Of a stretch of 64,000 nucleotides of DNA, positions 1-9,219 are shown piece after piece. The DNA is taken from IMG/VR virus record IMGVR_UViG_3300008952_002488, positions 107,927 to 171,926 of that record. One strand, given 5' to 3'. A program made the position numbers and the translations under genes. The notes below the pieces were generated by a model. The model was given only the letters and a program-made list of their open reading frames with translations, ran no database searches and was not told the origin of the DNA. Source of the DNA: a virus. How positions within the stretch are numbered: position 1 is the stretch's first letter; each line of letters opens with the position of its first letter.

Positions 1-594
1 GATGAAAAGGCTATAACTAATGTGACAAGCATCTCTGGTGCTTCATCGCTTGCTGGTGCTAAGTTGACCATAAATGGCGCTGATATAATATCACAAGCTG
101 GTGCGGTTTCGGCAGTAACCACTGTTTCGGGTGCTGGACCGGGTGCATTTGGAGCTTTAACAACTGAAGAGGCAACGATCTCTCTTGCCGGTGTTGTTTC
201 TGGTGCTGGCGCTCTCCAAGGTCAAAGCCTCTCCGTCGCTGGCGGACAGGGCTCGATCAGTAGCGCAGGTGCCCTGGTTGCTGCGGGTGGAGCGCAGGTG
301 GGCTCGCTCGAATCGCAAGGCGCAGTTAAAGTCTATGGTGAAGGCTCGCTTTCGGGCGGAGTCGGCGCTGGTGTTCATTGCTCGAACACGGGTAGTGCAA
401 ACGGCAGTAACCATAAGGCTGCTCTTTACATCTCAAGTAGTGATATCAGCACGGCGGCGAATGCTGCACTCATTCCAAGGATGGTTTTGCAAGGAACCAA
501 CGATGCAGGAGCTTTAAAGGATTTCATGATCTCAGTCTCTGGTGGAATGCTACAGGTTGTCGAGTTGACTCACGGAACAGCGTTACCAGTCTAA
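1..594 (+). CDS. Gly/Ser/Ala-rich virion or fibre-like protein, 5'-partial
   Basis: Frame 1 is open from base 1. Low-complexity beta-rich repeats. C-terminal IPRMVLQGT..DFMISVSGG segment is shared with the next gene. Confidence 0.6.
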   Translation, partial: DEKAITNVTSISGASSLAGAKLTINGADIISQAGAVSAVTTVSGAGPGAFGALTTEEATISLAGVVSGAGALQGQSLSVAGGQGSISSAGALVAAGGAQVGSLESQGAVKVYGEGSLSGGVGAGVHCSNTGSANGSNHKAALYISSSDISTAANAALIPRMVLQGTNDAGALKDFMISVSGGMLQVVELTHGTALPV

Positions 595-617
595 AGTTTT
601 AAAACAATCTGTTTTAT

Positions 618-647
618 AAAGAAGGGACTTCGGTCCCTTCTTTTTTT
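618..647 (+). terminator. Rho-independent terminator
   Basis: AAAGAAGGGAC-TTCG-GTCCCTTCTTT hairpin (C-UUCG-G loop) followed by a T run. Confidence 0.9.
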
Positions 648-651
648 ATTT

Positions 652-660
652 ACTATTTAT
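652..660 (+). promoter_or_regulatory. Candidate phage late-promoter motif ACTATTTAT
   Basis: Lies just after the terminator and upstream of 703. Similar motifs recur upstream of about 9 other genes in the window. Confidence 0.55.
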
Positions 661-702
661 TTAAAGGCTCCACGAAAGGAGAACACTAGAGGGGTTATTT
701 AA

Positions 703-1797
703 TTGGCTTTCGGACTGGTAGGCGCAAGCGGTTCTTTTATAGCAAATGCAGAAATGCTCGGTGGAATTGTCACTGGCTCGGGACAAGAGTTTTTAGCACT
801 TCCAGTTTCAGGAACAGTTCTTGGCGGACTAAGCGGATTAACCACCAATGAATGGAGTCGCTTCTATCTTAGTGATAGTTTTGGTAATGCGTCTGGTTCC
901 GTTATCCAAGCTCTTAACTATCTGAGCGCAGCACTTGGCGGCGCTGGATCCGGGGACGTAACCGGGCCCGGCTCGGCTACTGATAATGCCATTGCTAGAT
1001 TTGACGGATCCACCGGAAAAATTATACAGAACACAACAGGACTAGTAGCTTCTGATGCTGGTGTTTTGTCGAGTTCTGTGGGGGCTACTCTCGGAAATCT
1101 TATATTAAATGATGATGCTAGATCTCTAACACTTTCGGGCACAATATCTTCTTCTGCCGGCGCTACCTTTTTAGGGCACCTTTTTACTAACAATCTAAAT
1201 GTTTCTGGTACCTTGACTGCGGCAAGCTTTACGCCGTCAGCAGTTTCGGGCGCAGTAAAAATAAATGTATTTACGCATAAGATCCTTAGTAACAACAGTA
1301 TTGAGACTTCAGCATCGCTCGTTGCTAAGACTACGGTTTCTGGTGCAGGTGCTGCATCGTTCGCATCTTTAACAACAGAAGAAGCATCGATCTCTGTTGC
1401 TGGCGTTATGTCAGGTGCTGGTGGTATTTCAGGTCAAAGTCTAGTAATTGATAATCTTACTAAGATTAATTCTGGCGGTGTTCTTTCAAGCTCTGTTGGA
1501 TCAACGCTTGGAAATCTGATTCTTAATGATGACTCTGTATCTTTAAAATTATCTGGATCGATGACCGGAAGCGGTTTGGCTACTTTCTCTAATATTTCCC
1601 TAGCACAAGGGGGGGGATATAAGCCGGCACTAATAGTATCGAGTAGTGCTATTTCTACAGCGGCTGATTCAGCAGCTATACCCAGAATAGTTTTACAAGG
1701 AACAGATAACTTAGGTAGCCTAGCAGATTTTATGATTTCAGTTAGCGGTGGTATCCTTAGAGTCGAACAATTAGAAGTGGGAAGTTGGCCGGTATAA
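703..1797 (+). CDS. Gly/Ser-rich virion or fibre-like protein, paralogue of 1..594
   Basis: TTG start after GAGGGG. GDVTGPGSATDNAIARFDGSTGKIIQ is a fibre-type motif. Internal duplication GVLSSSVGxTLGNLILNDD. Shared C-terminal domain. Confidence 0.65.
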   Translation: MAFGLVGASGSFIANAEMLGGIVTGSGQEFLALPVSGTVLGGLSGLTTNEWSRFYLSDSFGNASGSVIQALNYLSAALGGAGSGDVTGPGSATDNAIARFDGSTGKIIQNTTGLVASDAGVLSSSVGATLGNLILNDDARSLTLSGTISSSAGATFLGHLFTNNLNVSGTLTAASFTPSAVSGAVKINVFTHKILSNNSIETSASLVAKTTVSGAGAASFASLTTEEASISVAGVMSGAGGISGQSLVIDNLTKINSGGVLSSSVGSTLGNLILNDDSVSLKLSGSMTGSGLATFSNISLAQGGGYKPALIVSSSAISTAADSAAIPRIVLQGTDNLGSLADFMISVSGGILRVEQLEVGSWPV

Positions 1798-1825
1798 AAT
1801 ATTCACTTATACACAGGCTTACATT

Positions 1826-2431
1826 ATGTCCCGCAAATTCAAAAAACTTAGCCTCCAATATTCCTTTCTACTTCTTGAAAAAGAGGAAGTGGATGACATA
1901 TGTTTACAAATGGATAAACAAATAAATGAAGCAATAAAAGAAAAATATCCTGATGAATATGAATCATTGTTCTCTAGCAAGACTTCACCAATAGAAGAAA
2001 CAAAGACAATAGAAGAAATAGAAGAAATAGAAGAAATAGAAGAAATAGAAGAAATAGAAGAAATAGAAGAAATAGACACAAAGAAAAAGAACAATGATAT
2101 TAGAAAATTATATAGAAAAATAGCAGAAAAAACACACCCAGACAAAACTGGAGATAATAGTAAAGCAGAAATGTTTTCCGAAGCATCCTTGGCATATCAA
2201 GAAAATAATTTAGCAACTTTGTTGAATCTTGCTGGGCTGCTTAACATTGACTTGTTTGAATTATCTCCAAGTTCATTTTTATTGTTGCAAAACAACATCA
2301 CTTCTTTGTCAGAGGAAATAAATGCAAAAAAGAATTCTGCATCTTGGGCTTTTTATAATGCTAAATCTCAACAAGACAAAGATTCAGTTATCAACCTAAT
2401 AATAAATCAGTTAAAGGGGAGTATAAAATGA
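1826..2431 (+). CDS. J-domain (DnaJ-like) co-chaperone protein
   Basis: IRKLYRKIAEKTHPDK (helix II + HPD motif). Confidence 0.75.
   Translation: MSRKFKKLSLQYSFLLLEKEEVDDICLQMDKQINEAIKEKYPDEYESLFSSKTSPIEETKTIEEIEEIEEIEEIEEIEEIEEIDTKKKNNDIRKLYRKIAEKTHPDKTGDNSKAEMFSEASLAYQENNLATLLNLAGLLNIDLFELSPSSFLLLQNNITSLSEEINAKKNSASWAFYNAKSQQDKDSVINLIINQLKGSIK
2009..2076 (+). repeat. In-frame 9-bp tandem repeat (ATAGAAGAA)x7, encoding (IEE)7
   Basis: Perfect repeat visible directly. Confidence 0.95.
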
Positions 2432-2461
2432 AATCAAAAAAAATAGATTTTAAAGTGTTAT

Positions 2462-3730
2462 CTATGGATCACCCTGACCAATACAAAGATCTTCAAAGAT
2501 CTGGCGGATCTGCATAAAAACAGTCTCTGAATTCACCACAGGAGTATAAAGGCGACTCTGTTCTCCTCTTACCATCCCCAAAAATGAATTATGGTGTTCG
2601 GGGAGAGCGAAAACAAATATCTCAAACCCATTATTAACAGCATAATCATTAACCTCAGTTACATTCCTTCCTGTAATAGTTTGAGCTATTTCATCAGTCA
2701 TTAAGATTATTACTTTTTGGTTCCCCGTGGTCCACGAAAAAGGATACAAACCCTCCATCGACCACAAGGTCACATCTATTGATGGCTCAATACCACCATC
2801 ATCCATTAATTGGATAGCCTGCAAATATTGCAGGAATTCATCAGCGGGAACAAAATCATTTACCATTTCAGAGTGTCGGGTGGTCAGCGGGGTTCCGCCA
2901 CCTGAATTTTGTCTGCCTATCACTGCTAAACCAAACCGAAAGTTGCTCGTTATCGGATCATCTAAAAGCGGAGTAATTCCTTCTATCATGGACTCTATCT
3001 CATCATCAAAAGAGCCGGAAATATCAATAACAAAAACAAGATCTACACCACGAGTATCAAAACCTTCGTCTACTTCGCCGTCGCAGTCGTTATCAAGGTT
3101 GTCGCAGATTTCTTCAACGGGAAGAACTTGCCCATCGCAAGGTCCATCAAACCCACCATCCTGACAATAACGAACACCCGCACGACACTCGCCAATAGCC
3201 ATTGAACCTTCGGGACCATCATAACAGACAATTGCCGTAGTATTAGCTACTCCTTCATCAACCGTTCCATCACAATTATTATCCAAGCCGTCGCAGGTTT
3301 CTTCCGAAGGTCCAACATGCCCATCGCAATAAAGACTTCCATTATCACATTTCATCACACCTGGGGTGCAAATACCAACACCATAATCAGCACCCTCTAC
3401 AAATCCACATAGTTGATGTTGTTCTGGAAACGTTTCATCTATTAATAAATTACAGTCGTTATCTAATCCATCACAAACTTCTTCTTCTGGTCCTGCTGCT
3501 CCGATGCACTCGGTCCACCCATCAAACGTACAGGTTCTAGCACCGTACCTGCAAATACCAGCTTTTTCAGGAGGATCTTTGGGATTAAGGGATGTTAGGA
3601 TCTGTCCGTTGTGATCACACACTTCAACAGTGCCGGGTGAACATTCCAAGGCAACCAACTGGTCATCATCTAGACAAGCCTGGCAGGCGGTTAAAACCAA
3701 GGGAACAAAAAATAAACCCCAACGTTTCAT
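2462..3730 (-). CDS. Predicted lipoprotein with Cys-rich CDGLDNDC (MopE-related putative metal-binding) repeats and a C-terminal vWA domain
   Basis: Signal peptide with lipobox-like LTAC. Three E.CD.LDN.C....DE repeats. MIDAS motif DISGS and ILMTDE. Confidence 0.8.
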   Translation of the reverse strand: MKRWGLFFVPLVLTACQACLDDDQLVALECSPGTVEVCDHNGQILTSLNPKDPPEKAGICRYGARTCTFDGWTECIGAAGPEEEVCDGLDNDCNLLIDETFPEQHQLCGFVEGADYGVGICTPGVMKCDNGSLYCDGHVGPSEETCDGLDNNCDGTVDEGVANTTAIVCYDGPEGSMAIGECRAGVRYCQDGGFDGPCDGQVLPVEEICDNLDNDCDGEVDEGFDTRGVDLVFVIDISGSFDDEIESMIEGITPLLDDPITSNFRFGLAVIGRQNSGGGTPLTTRHSEMVNDFVPADEFLQYLQAIQLMDDGGIEPSIDVTLWSMEGLYPFSWTTGNQKVIILMTDEIAQTITGRNVTEVNDYAVNNGFEIFVFALPEHHNSFLGMVRGEQSRLYTPVVNSETVFMQIRQIFEDLCIGQGDP

Positions 3731-4203
3731 TCCATTGTAGCCTCAATACAAGCCTCATAAGTACTATAAAGAACCATGGTTAAGGCGGTGCTATTAAAAA
3801 CTCGAAATCGTGCTTTTTTAAGCGGGAGGTGTTCTTTATCATAGACATGGGTCATAATCAACGGCGGACTATTTTTAGATTGTGTTGGGATTTTAAAAGC
3901 AAACAAAAGAGAATCGCCCGGTGCATTCTGTAAAATGCCGGCAATGTAACCATCTTTTATAACATCAGGGATACCAATTTGTATGGCTGAATTAGAGCCT
4001 GGTTCGGTGGTTATTTTATCACTAACGTGGACAACCCATTTACAATTGTCATTTTGTCCCGGTGTATAATAAGTTGATTTCTTTGGAATTATGGTTTGAT
4101 ATAGGTTGTTTGCTTTAATCTGAAAATGGAGGGCTACAGCACACGAAAGTGCCAATATTCCCAACAGCGTAACTCTTAATTTAGTTTTCGGAACACGAAA
4201 CAT
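3727..4203 (-). CDS. Hypothetical exported or membrane-anchored protein
   Basis: GGAG RBS, N-terminal hydrophobic segment, ATGA overlap with the vWA gene. Confidence 0.6.
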   Translation of the reverse strand: MFRVPKTKLRVTLLGILALSCAVALHFQIKANNLYQTIIPKKSTYYTPGQNDNCKWVVHVSDKITTEPGSNSAIQIGIPDVIKDGYIAGILQNAPGDSLLFAFKIPTQSKNSPPLIMTHVYDKEHLPLKKARFRVFNSTALTMVLYSTYEACIEATME

Positions 4204-4214
4204 AAAACCGCTCC

Positions 4215-4478
4215 TTATTGGAGTGGTTCTAGATCCAGTACCTCTCCTTTGGGAGACAAAATGATGAATGGCATCTTTTTTATCTCTTTAGTAACTATGT
4301 TTTTGGTTTTGCTTTTTGTTTTCTTTTCTATCCAAACTAGAATCTGAGGTTTTTCTTTTACCTCTTTAACTTGTCCAATATAGGACCACTTGCCCTCTAT
4401 CTTTTTCCAAATATCTGGAAACTCTGTAGTTTGTGACGAAAGTATCAGTAATCCTGATAATATGGTGCTGCTTAACAT
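4215..4478 (-). CDS. Small hypothetical protein (start re-assigned to ATG at 4478)
   Basis: AAGGA RBS upstream of the ATG at 4478. The longer TTG start overlaps the promoter-like motif. Confidence 0.5.
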   Translation of the reverse strand: MLSSTILSGLLILSSQTTEFPDIWKKIEGKWSYIGQVKEVKEKPQILVWIEKKTKSKTKNIVTKEIKKMPFIILSPKGEVLDLEPLQ

Positions 4479-4525
4479 GTTATTGATATTCCTTACAGCA
4501 AATCTAGTGTGTTGATTTACTACGG

Positions 4526-4534
4526 ATAAATAGT
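4526..4534 (-). promoter_or_regulatory. Candidate late-promoter motif ACTATTTAT on the minus strand
   Basis: Exact copy of the 652-660 motif, oriented toward the only minus-strand operon. Confidence 0.55.
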
Positions 4535-4559
4535 CCCCTTTCAATCTAGTTACTTTACT

Positions 4560-5450
4560 ATGATAAAAAAATCACCAATTTACGTCAAGTTTCTTATATT
4601 ATCGTTACTTTTACTTACAAGTTGTGTCAGCGGTTGCGTAACAGTTAACAATAAACCCCAAGTTTCAGAAGAAATATTACCACGACATGCCTTTGTTCAG
4701 ATAAAGCACTCTGTTGAGGTTGAGGGGTGCGGGATTGATGCCGAAACAAAAGAGGAAAAATGTCAAAAAGCTGTTATGCAGTATGTTTCCTCTGGAGCGT
4801 ATGTATTTCATAGCGAAGTTTCTCAAGGTACTTCATATGTGTTAACTGCCGGACATTCATGTGAAACTAAATTCCCAAAAACACAAATCATCGAAGGGTT
4901 TAGAATTGAAAATAAAGGATCTACATTCAAAGCAGTTGATCTAAATGGTTTTCATCATGATGCGGAAGTGATTATGATAAACCGGCGCTTTGACTTGTGT
5001 TTGTTGCGTGCTTCGAATGTTCTTTTAAATCCTCCTACTTTAAGGATCGCAGACAAAGAACCAAAAAGGGGAGAAACAGTCACGAATATGGCTGCTCCCC
5101 ACGGATTATTTTGGCCAGGAACAGTACTGGTCTTTAAGGGACAATTTTCAGGTTATCATGATAAAGGATATTCAGTTTATACCCTCCCTACAAAACCAGG
5201 CTCAAGTGGTTCACCCATTATCAACAAAGACAATGAATTGGTGGGAGTTATTTTTGCGGGCTATTCAATGATGGAGAATGTTGGACTTTCCTCTCCTTTA
5301 GTTGCTATTAAAATATTTCTCAAAAAAGCAATAGCAAAAGGCGAAATGGAACTTTGGGAAAAGAGCAATACCCCAAGAATAAATACTCAAATAGATCGCC
5401 TATGGATTCAAAAAATGGAAGCAAAGCTTGAGAAAGTTTTTGGGAACTGA
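4560..5450 (+). CDS. Trypsin-like (S1) serine protease, predicted lipoprotein
   Basis: LTAGH (His), FDLCLL (Asp), PGSSGSP (Ser). Lipobox-like LLTSC. Confidence 0.85.
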   Translation: MIKKSPIYVKFLILSLLLLTSCVSGCVTVNNKPQVSEEILPRHAFVQIKHSVEVEGCGIDAETKEEKCQKAVMQYVSSGAYVFHSEVSQGTSYVLTAGHSCETKFPKTQIIEGFRIENKGSTFKAVDLNGFHHDAEVIMINRRFDLCLLRASNVLLNPPTLRIADKEPKRGETVTNMAAPHGLFWPGTVLVFKGQFSGYHDKGYSVYTLPTKPGSSGSPIINKDNELVGVIFAGYSMMENVGLSSPLVAIKIFLKKAIAKGEMELWEKSNTPRINTQIDRLWIQKMEAKLEKVFGN

Positions 5451-5484
5451 AGTATTTATATGGAAAACTTCGTGAGGTGTCCAA

Positions 5485-6048
5485 ATGGCATTTAGTAACA
5501 ACACTAAAACTCCACAGGGTACAAATTTAAAACCTTTCTCTAAAGGAACTTCTCGGGTTGCTTTGCAACCATTTGCAACACGATATCCTGCCAGTTTTGG
5601 CAGGCACTACAATGAGATTAATAATAATTTTCACAACGGAACTCCTATGCTTATATCCGGCTCAGGCAGCACAGCAGCACCAGAGGCTTCGGCTTGTGTG
5701 CATGTCGCTGATTTAAGTGCTCTTGATGAAGTTTATTTATGGGCGTCAAACGCTGGAGAAACAGCAGCCCAAATTACTGTATCTTTTGTATCTGGGGGGT
5801 ACATGGTTGACGGTAACACGCCTGCTGATGCAGATCTTGAGTACGCTTTAAATGCTCCTTGGCGAGTTGTCACAACAGTTAGCTCAAAGTCGGGAATGGA
5901 GCTTGTCTATCCAGGGATCCCTCACACAAACAATGATGCAATTTTTGCAGTATCGTCAAATTCGCAAATATATTTATCTGGATTTGTAATGAGAAAACAC
6001 AGAGTAAGTAAGACGGATATAAATCAAGGATATGACGGTACAGACTAA
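5485..6048 (+). CDS. Hypothetical virion protein
   Basis: GAGG RBS. DEVYLWASN...LSGFV.R pattern shared with the next gene. Confidence 0.55.
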   Translation: MAFSNNTKTPQGTNLKPFSKGTSRVALQPFATRYPASFGRHYNEINNNFHNGTPMLISGSGSTAAPEASACVHVADLSALDEVYLWASNAGETAAQITVSFVSGGYMVDGNTPADADLEYALNAPWRVVTTVSSKSGMELVYPGIPHTNNDAIFAVSSNSQIYLSGFVMRKHRVSKTDINQGYDGTD

Positions 6049-6593
6049 TGCCTGGATTTAACGGACGTACTCAAAAAGTTCTCGGAAATACTTTATCACC
6101 AGCAGGGAATGTTGGCAGTATTAGGGTTAGTTTGTCGCACGCTGGTTGTGGACAAGACCCTAGCGGACATGACTTTGCTTTAACAGTTACAAATTCCTCC
6201 TCTTTTTGGCCTTGTGTAGTATCCTCCGGATCTGGAACACCTCAGATTATGAGTATTCATTCTGGTTCTTTATCTGATATGGACGAGTTGTATTTATGGG
6301 CAGTAAACAATGGTAGCTCTAGTGCGGAAATATCAATATGGTTTGATGATGATAGAACATTTGCTGCTGGATTTACCAAAAATCGTAATACGATTATTAC
6401 AACACTATACCCCTCAAGCAGCGCCGTCATGATTTGGCCTGGAATTCCTGTTACATCTTTTGATGAACAAACTCCTACTGTTTTATATGCAAGTGGATCT
6501 GTACATAGCCGAATAAGTTTGCACGGGTATGTAATTCGAAGAAAGAGGATCAATCCCAATGATCGTCTTGCTGGGTTTGATGCGAGCGAATAA
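6048..6593 (+). CDS. Hypothetical virion protein, paralogue of 5485..6048
   Basis: DELYLWAVN, .PGIP, LHGYVIR. TAATG coupling to the previous gene. Confidence 0.55.
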   Translation: MPGFNGRTQKVLGNTLSPAGNVGSIRVSLSHAGCGQDPSGHDFALTVTNSSSFWPCVVSSGSGTPQIMSIHSGSLSDMDELYLWAVNNGSSSAEISIWFDDDRTFAAGFTKNRNTIITTLYPSSSAVMIWPGIPVTSFDEQTPTVLYASGSVHSRISLHGYVIRRKRINPNDRLAGFDASE

Positions 6594-6595
6594 AC

Positions 6596-6943
6596 ATGGG
6601 AATTATTAACAGAAGACAAACAGGACCATTGACCGATGTGAGAACCATCTCACCTAATGTAAGTGGAAACTTTTTAACCGCTACAGGAGTAGATGACCAA
6701 ATAGCCTCTATCACCCCCGCTACGGCGGGCGAGATTTTGGGCGGCGGGTCCGTTGGTTCTCTTAGTTTGCAATCTCCAAATGGAGATTATTATTCAATTG
6801 GTGTAACAAACGGGGGTATTATGACAGCAATTTCTCAAAGCTTTGCTTCGAATACTGTGGTTCTAAAAGCAGGAGATGGTACATGTTACTCGATGACGGT
6901 TTCCAATGAGGGAACTATAACCATGACTAGCAGTAGTTGTTAA
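6596..6943 (+). CDS. Small virion or fibre-tip-like protein
   Basis: Two copies of an L.(S/A)..G..Y...V.N.G motif resembling fibre C-terminal repeats. Confidence 0.45.
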   Translation: MGIINRRQTGPLTDVRTISPNVSGNFLTATGVDDQIASITPATAGEILGGGSVGSLSLQSPNGDYYSIGVTNGGIMTAISQSFASNTVVLKAGDGTCYSMTVSNEGTITMTSSSC

Positions 6944-6986
6944 CACTGATCCTAACTACTTATAATAACCAGCCTGGGAGATAAAA

Positions 6987-7235
6987 ATGAAATCTATTCT
7001 AAACGAGGTCACTAAAAAATTCCTTTTAAAGGAGGCATACACTTTTGATGCTTTTGCTTCCATACAGGCTTTAAGCGACATAGTGTCAAATATCAGGGTA
7101 ACAAACAAAAGAGATACCAATCGTTTAAAACTTGCAAAAGAACATATTCGTGGTATAAAAAGACAAATGAAATCTTTAAATGAAAGAGTCGAGGCTCTCG
7201 AAGAAGAGTTAAATCTTTTAAAAGAGGAAAAATAA
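6987..7235 (+). CDS. Small coiled-coil hypothetical protein
   Basis: GGGAG RBS; heptad-like C-terminus; preceded by ACTACTTAT. Confidence 0.6.
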   Translation: MKSILNEVTKKFLLKEAYTFDAFASIQALSDIVSNIRVTNKRDTNRLKLAKEHIRGIKRQMKSLNERVEALEEELNLLKEEK

Positions 7236-9209
7236 ATGGGTGGCATTGCCGGACACATGTCCCACCTATATGATAATCCTAATTTAACCTTCAGTAAAAT
7301 GAAGGAAATAATGGCTGCTGTTGCTGAGGCTGACCTCGAAGTGGAAGAGAAAGTTGACGGGCAAAATCTTTTTCTTTCTTATTCTATACCCGAAGGCAAA
7401 GCAAAGGGCGCACGAAACAAAGGAAATCTTAGAGGGAACGGATTAGATGCCGTTCAATTGGCAACAAAGTTTGCAGGGCGGGGCAACCTTGAGAAAACAT
7501 TTGTAGAAGGATTTGCTGCTTTTGAAAGAGCGGTGGAAACCTTGAGCGACGAAGAGAAATTAGCTATCTTCGGACCAAACGCTGATATTTGGTATAACGC
7601 TGAAATTATGGACCCTGAGTCTAGAAATGTAATCAATTACGATTCTAAGACACTCAAAATACATGATAGAGGTCATTTTAAATTTGACAAAGAGTCCGGA
7701 GAGAAAACAGACGAAGATGTGTCTGCAAATCTTGCAGCATTGGATAGTCGCCTAAGACAAATGCAAGATTCCTTATCAGAAGATAGATTTTCTTTTGTTA
7801 GAAGTGCCATCATAAAACTAGAAAAATTAGAAGATGAAGAAGCACTCAAGAAAGCATATGCATCTCTGGGAAATGCTATGTCTGAAGCTGATGTGTCTGA
7901 TTCTGATCGGGTTGGTCAATATGTTTTTAACCGACTACGGCAAGGTATAGAGGTAAATTTTTCTGACGAGTTAAAAACAGAAGCAATAAAGTACCTTTTA
8001 AAGCTACCTGATAATATTGGTCTTAGAGAATTAAAAAAACGAATGAACCCAGAAGAGGTATCAGATTTAACAAATATTGTTAGAAATAAGCCCATCCTAT
8101 TAAAACAAGCAATTCAGCCATTAGAATTAATTGTTCACGATTTTGCAGTCGAGGTTCTCAAGGGATTAGAAAGTATGTTCATTGTTGATACTGATGCGGA
8201 AGTGCAACGGCAACGAACCGAACTTGCAAATGCCGTCAAGGAGATAGCAGAAGCAGGACCAGAAGATCCACAAAGCATGGAAGTGATGCAAGTTCACTTA
8301 AATAAGATAAAAGATATGAGCAATTTAACAACTCCTGCCGAGGGGATTGTCTTTGATTATGACGGGCACATGTATAAATTAACTGGTAATTTTGCCCCCT
8401 TAAATCAAATTCTTGGGTTGTTTAAATATGGCGGTAAACAAAAGAAAGTAACCGTAGAAGCTCTAGCTACCACTGGGCAGGTATTGACAAAAAAAGAAGG
8501 AAAACGAATAGCCCTAATCCCAGGGGGTTTTAAACCTCCTCATGCCGGACATTTTTTGCTTGCCAAATACTTTGCAAACAAAAATGATGTTGACGAAGTA
8601 ATAGTAATTGTTTCTACCAAATCAAGACCTCCTGTAACTGTTGATATGTCCGTTAAACTATGGGATCTTTATACCAAAGATTTTCCAAAAATTAAAGTTC
8701 AAGCAGGAACGACCCCATCGCCAGTTGGAGATGTGTATGAACTAGTAGCAGATAACTCTGTGTTTAAAGAGGGAGATGTTGCTCTTTTGGGGAAAAGCGA
8801 AAAAGACGTTGATGATACAAGATTTGATAGAGCCCAATCATATGCTGAAAGACATAACCCTGGTGTAAGTGTCGAGCCTGTAATAACTCCCCTTTTTGCA
8901 GGAGGAGTAAGCGGAACACAAATGAGAAATTTGCTATTACAAGGTGAAGAAGGAAAAAACGAATTTAAAGCAAACCTCCCTCGTCATTTAAATGCTGAAG
9001 AGAAAGAGGCAGCATACAATATACTGACAAGCCCAAATGAAGCCATAAATAATATCATAGACTCGACTATAGAGGAAATGTCAGCTATGTCTGCTGGGTC
9101 GGCTGAAATAGGTCCTGGGGCTTGGAGCGGTCGTCCCAATCGCTATAACCCTTATAGGAAAACTAAAAAACCCAAGGTTAAAAGAGCTAAACGCCAAAGG
9201 CGGAGATAA
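7236..9209 (+). CDS. Fusion: ATP-dependent ligase-like nucleotidyltransferase fold (DUF6267-like) + HxGH cytidylyltransferase/NMNAT-like domain
   Basis: EKVDGQN (KxDG), EGIVF and YKLTG in the N-terminal part. PGGFKPPHAGH and VSGTQMR in the C-terminal part. Confidence 0.7.
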   Translation: MGGIAGHMSHLYDNPNLTFSKMKEIMAAVAEADLEVEEKVDGQNLFLSYSIPEGKAKGARNKGNLRGNGLDAVQLATKFAGRGNLEKTFVEGFAAFERAVETLSDEEKLAIFGPNADIWYNAEIMDPESRNVINYDSKTLKIHDRGHFKFDKESGEKTDEDVSANLAALDSRLRQMQDSLSEDRFSFVRSAIIKLEKLEDEEALKKAYASLGNAMSEADVSDSDRVGQYVFNRLRQGIEVNFSDELKTEAIKYLLKLPDNIGLRELKKRMNPEEVSDLTNIVRNKPILLKQAIQPLELIVHDFAVEVLKGLESMFIVDTDAEVQRQRTELANAVKEIAEAGPEDPQSMEVMQVHLNKIKDMSNLTTPAEGIVFDYDGHMYKLTGNFAPLNQILGLFKYGGKQKKVTVEALATTGQVLTKKEGKRIALIPGGFKPPHAGHFLLAKYFANKNDVDEVIVIVSTKSRPPVTVDMSVKLWDLYTKDFPKIKVQAGTTPSPVGDVYELVADNSVFKEGDVALLGKSEKDVDDTRFDRAQSYAERHNPGVSVEPVITPLFAGGVSGTQMRNLLLQGEEGKNEFKANLPRHLNAEEKEAAYNILTSPNEAINNIIDSTIEEMSAMSAGSAEIGPGAWSGRPNRYNPYRKTKKPKVKRAKRQRRR

Positions 9210-9219
9210 TTATAGAACC

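Noticed and set aside
1819-2145. Antisense (ISS)n ORF
   Set aside because: Reverse-strand shadow of the (IEE)7 repeat.
5451-5460. TATTTATA read as a T4 late promoter (TATAAATA) on the minus strand
   Set aside because: The motif family follows the direction of the downstream gene on both strands, so the sense-strand reading fits better.
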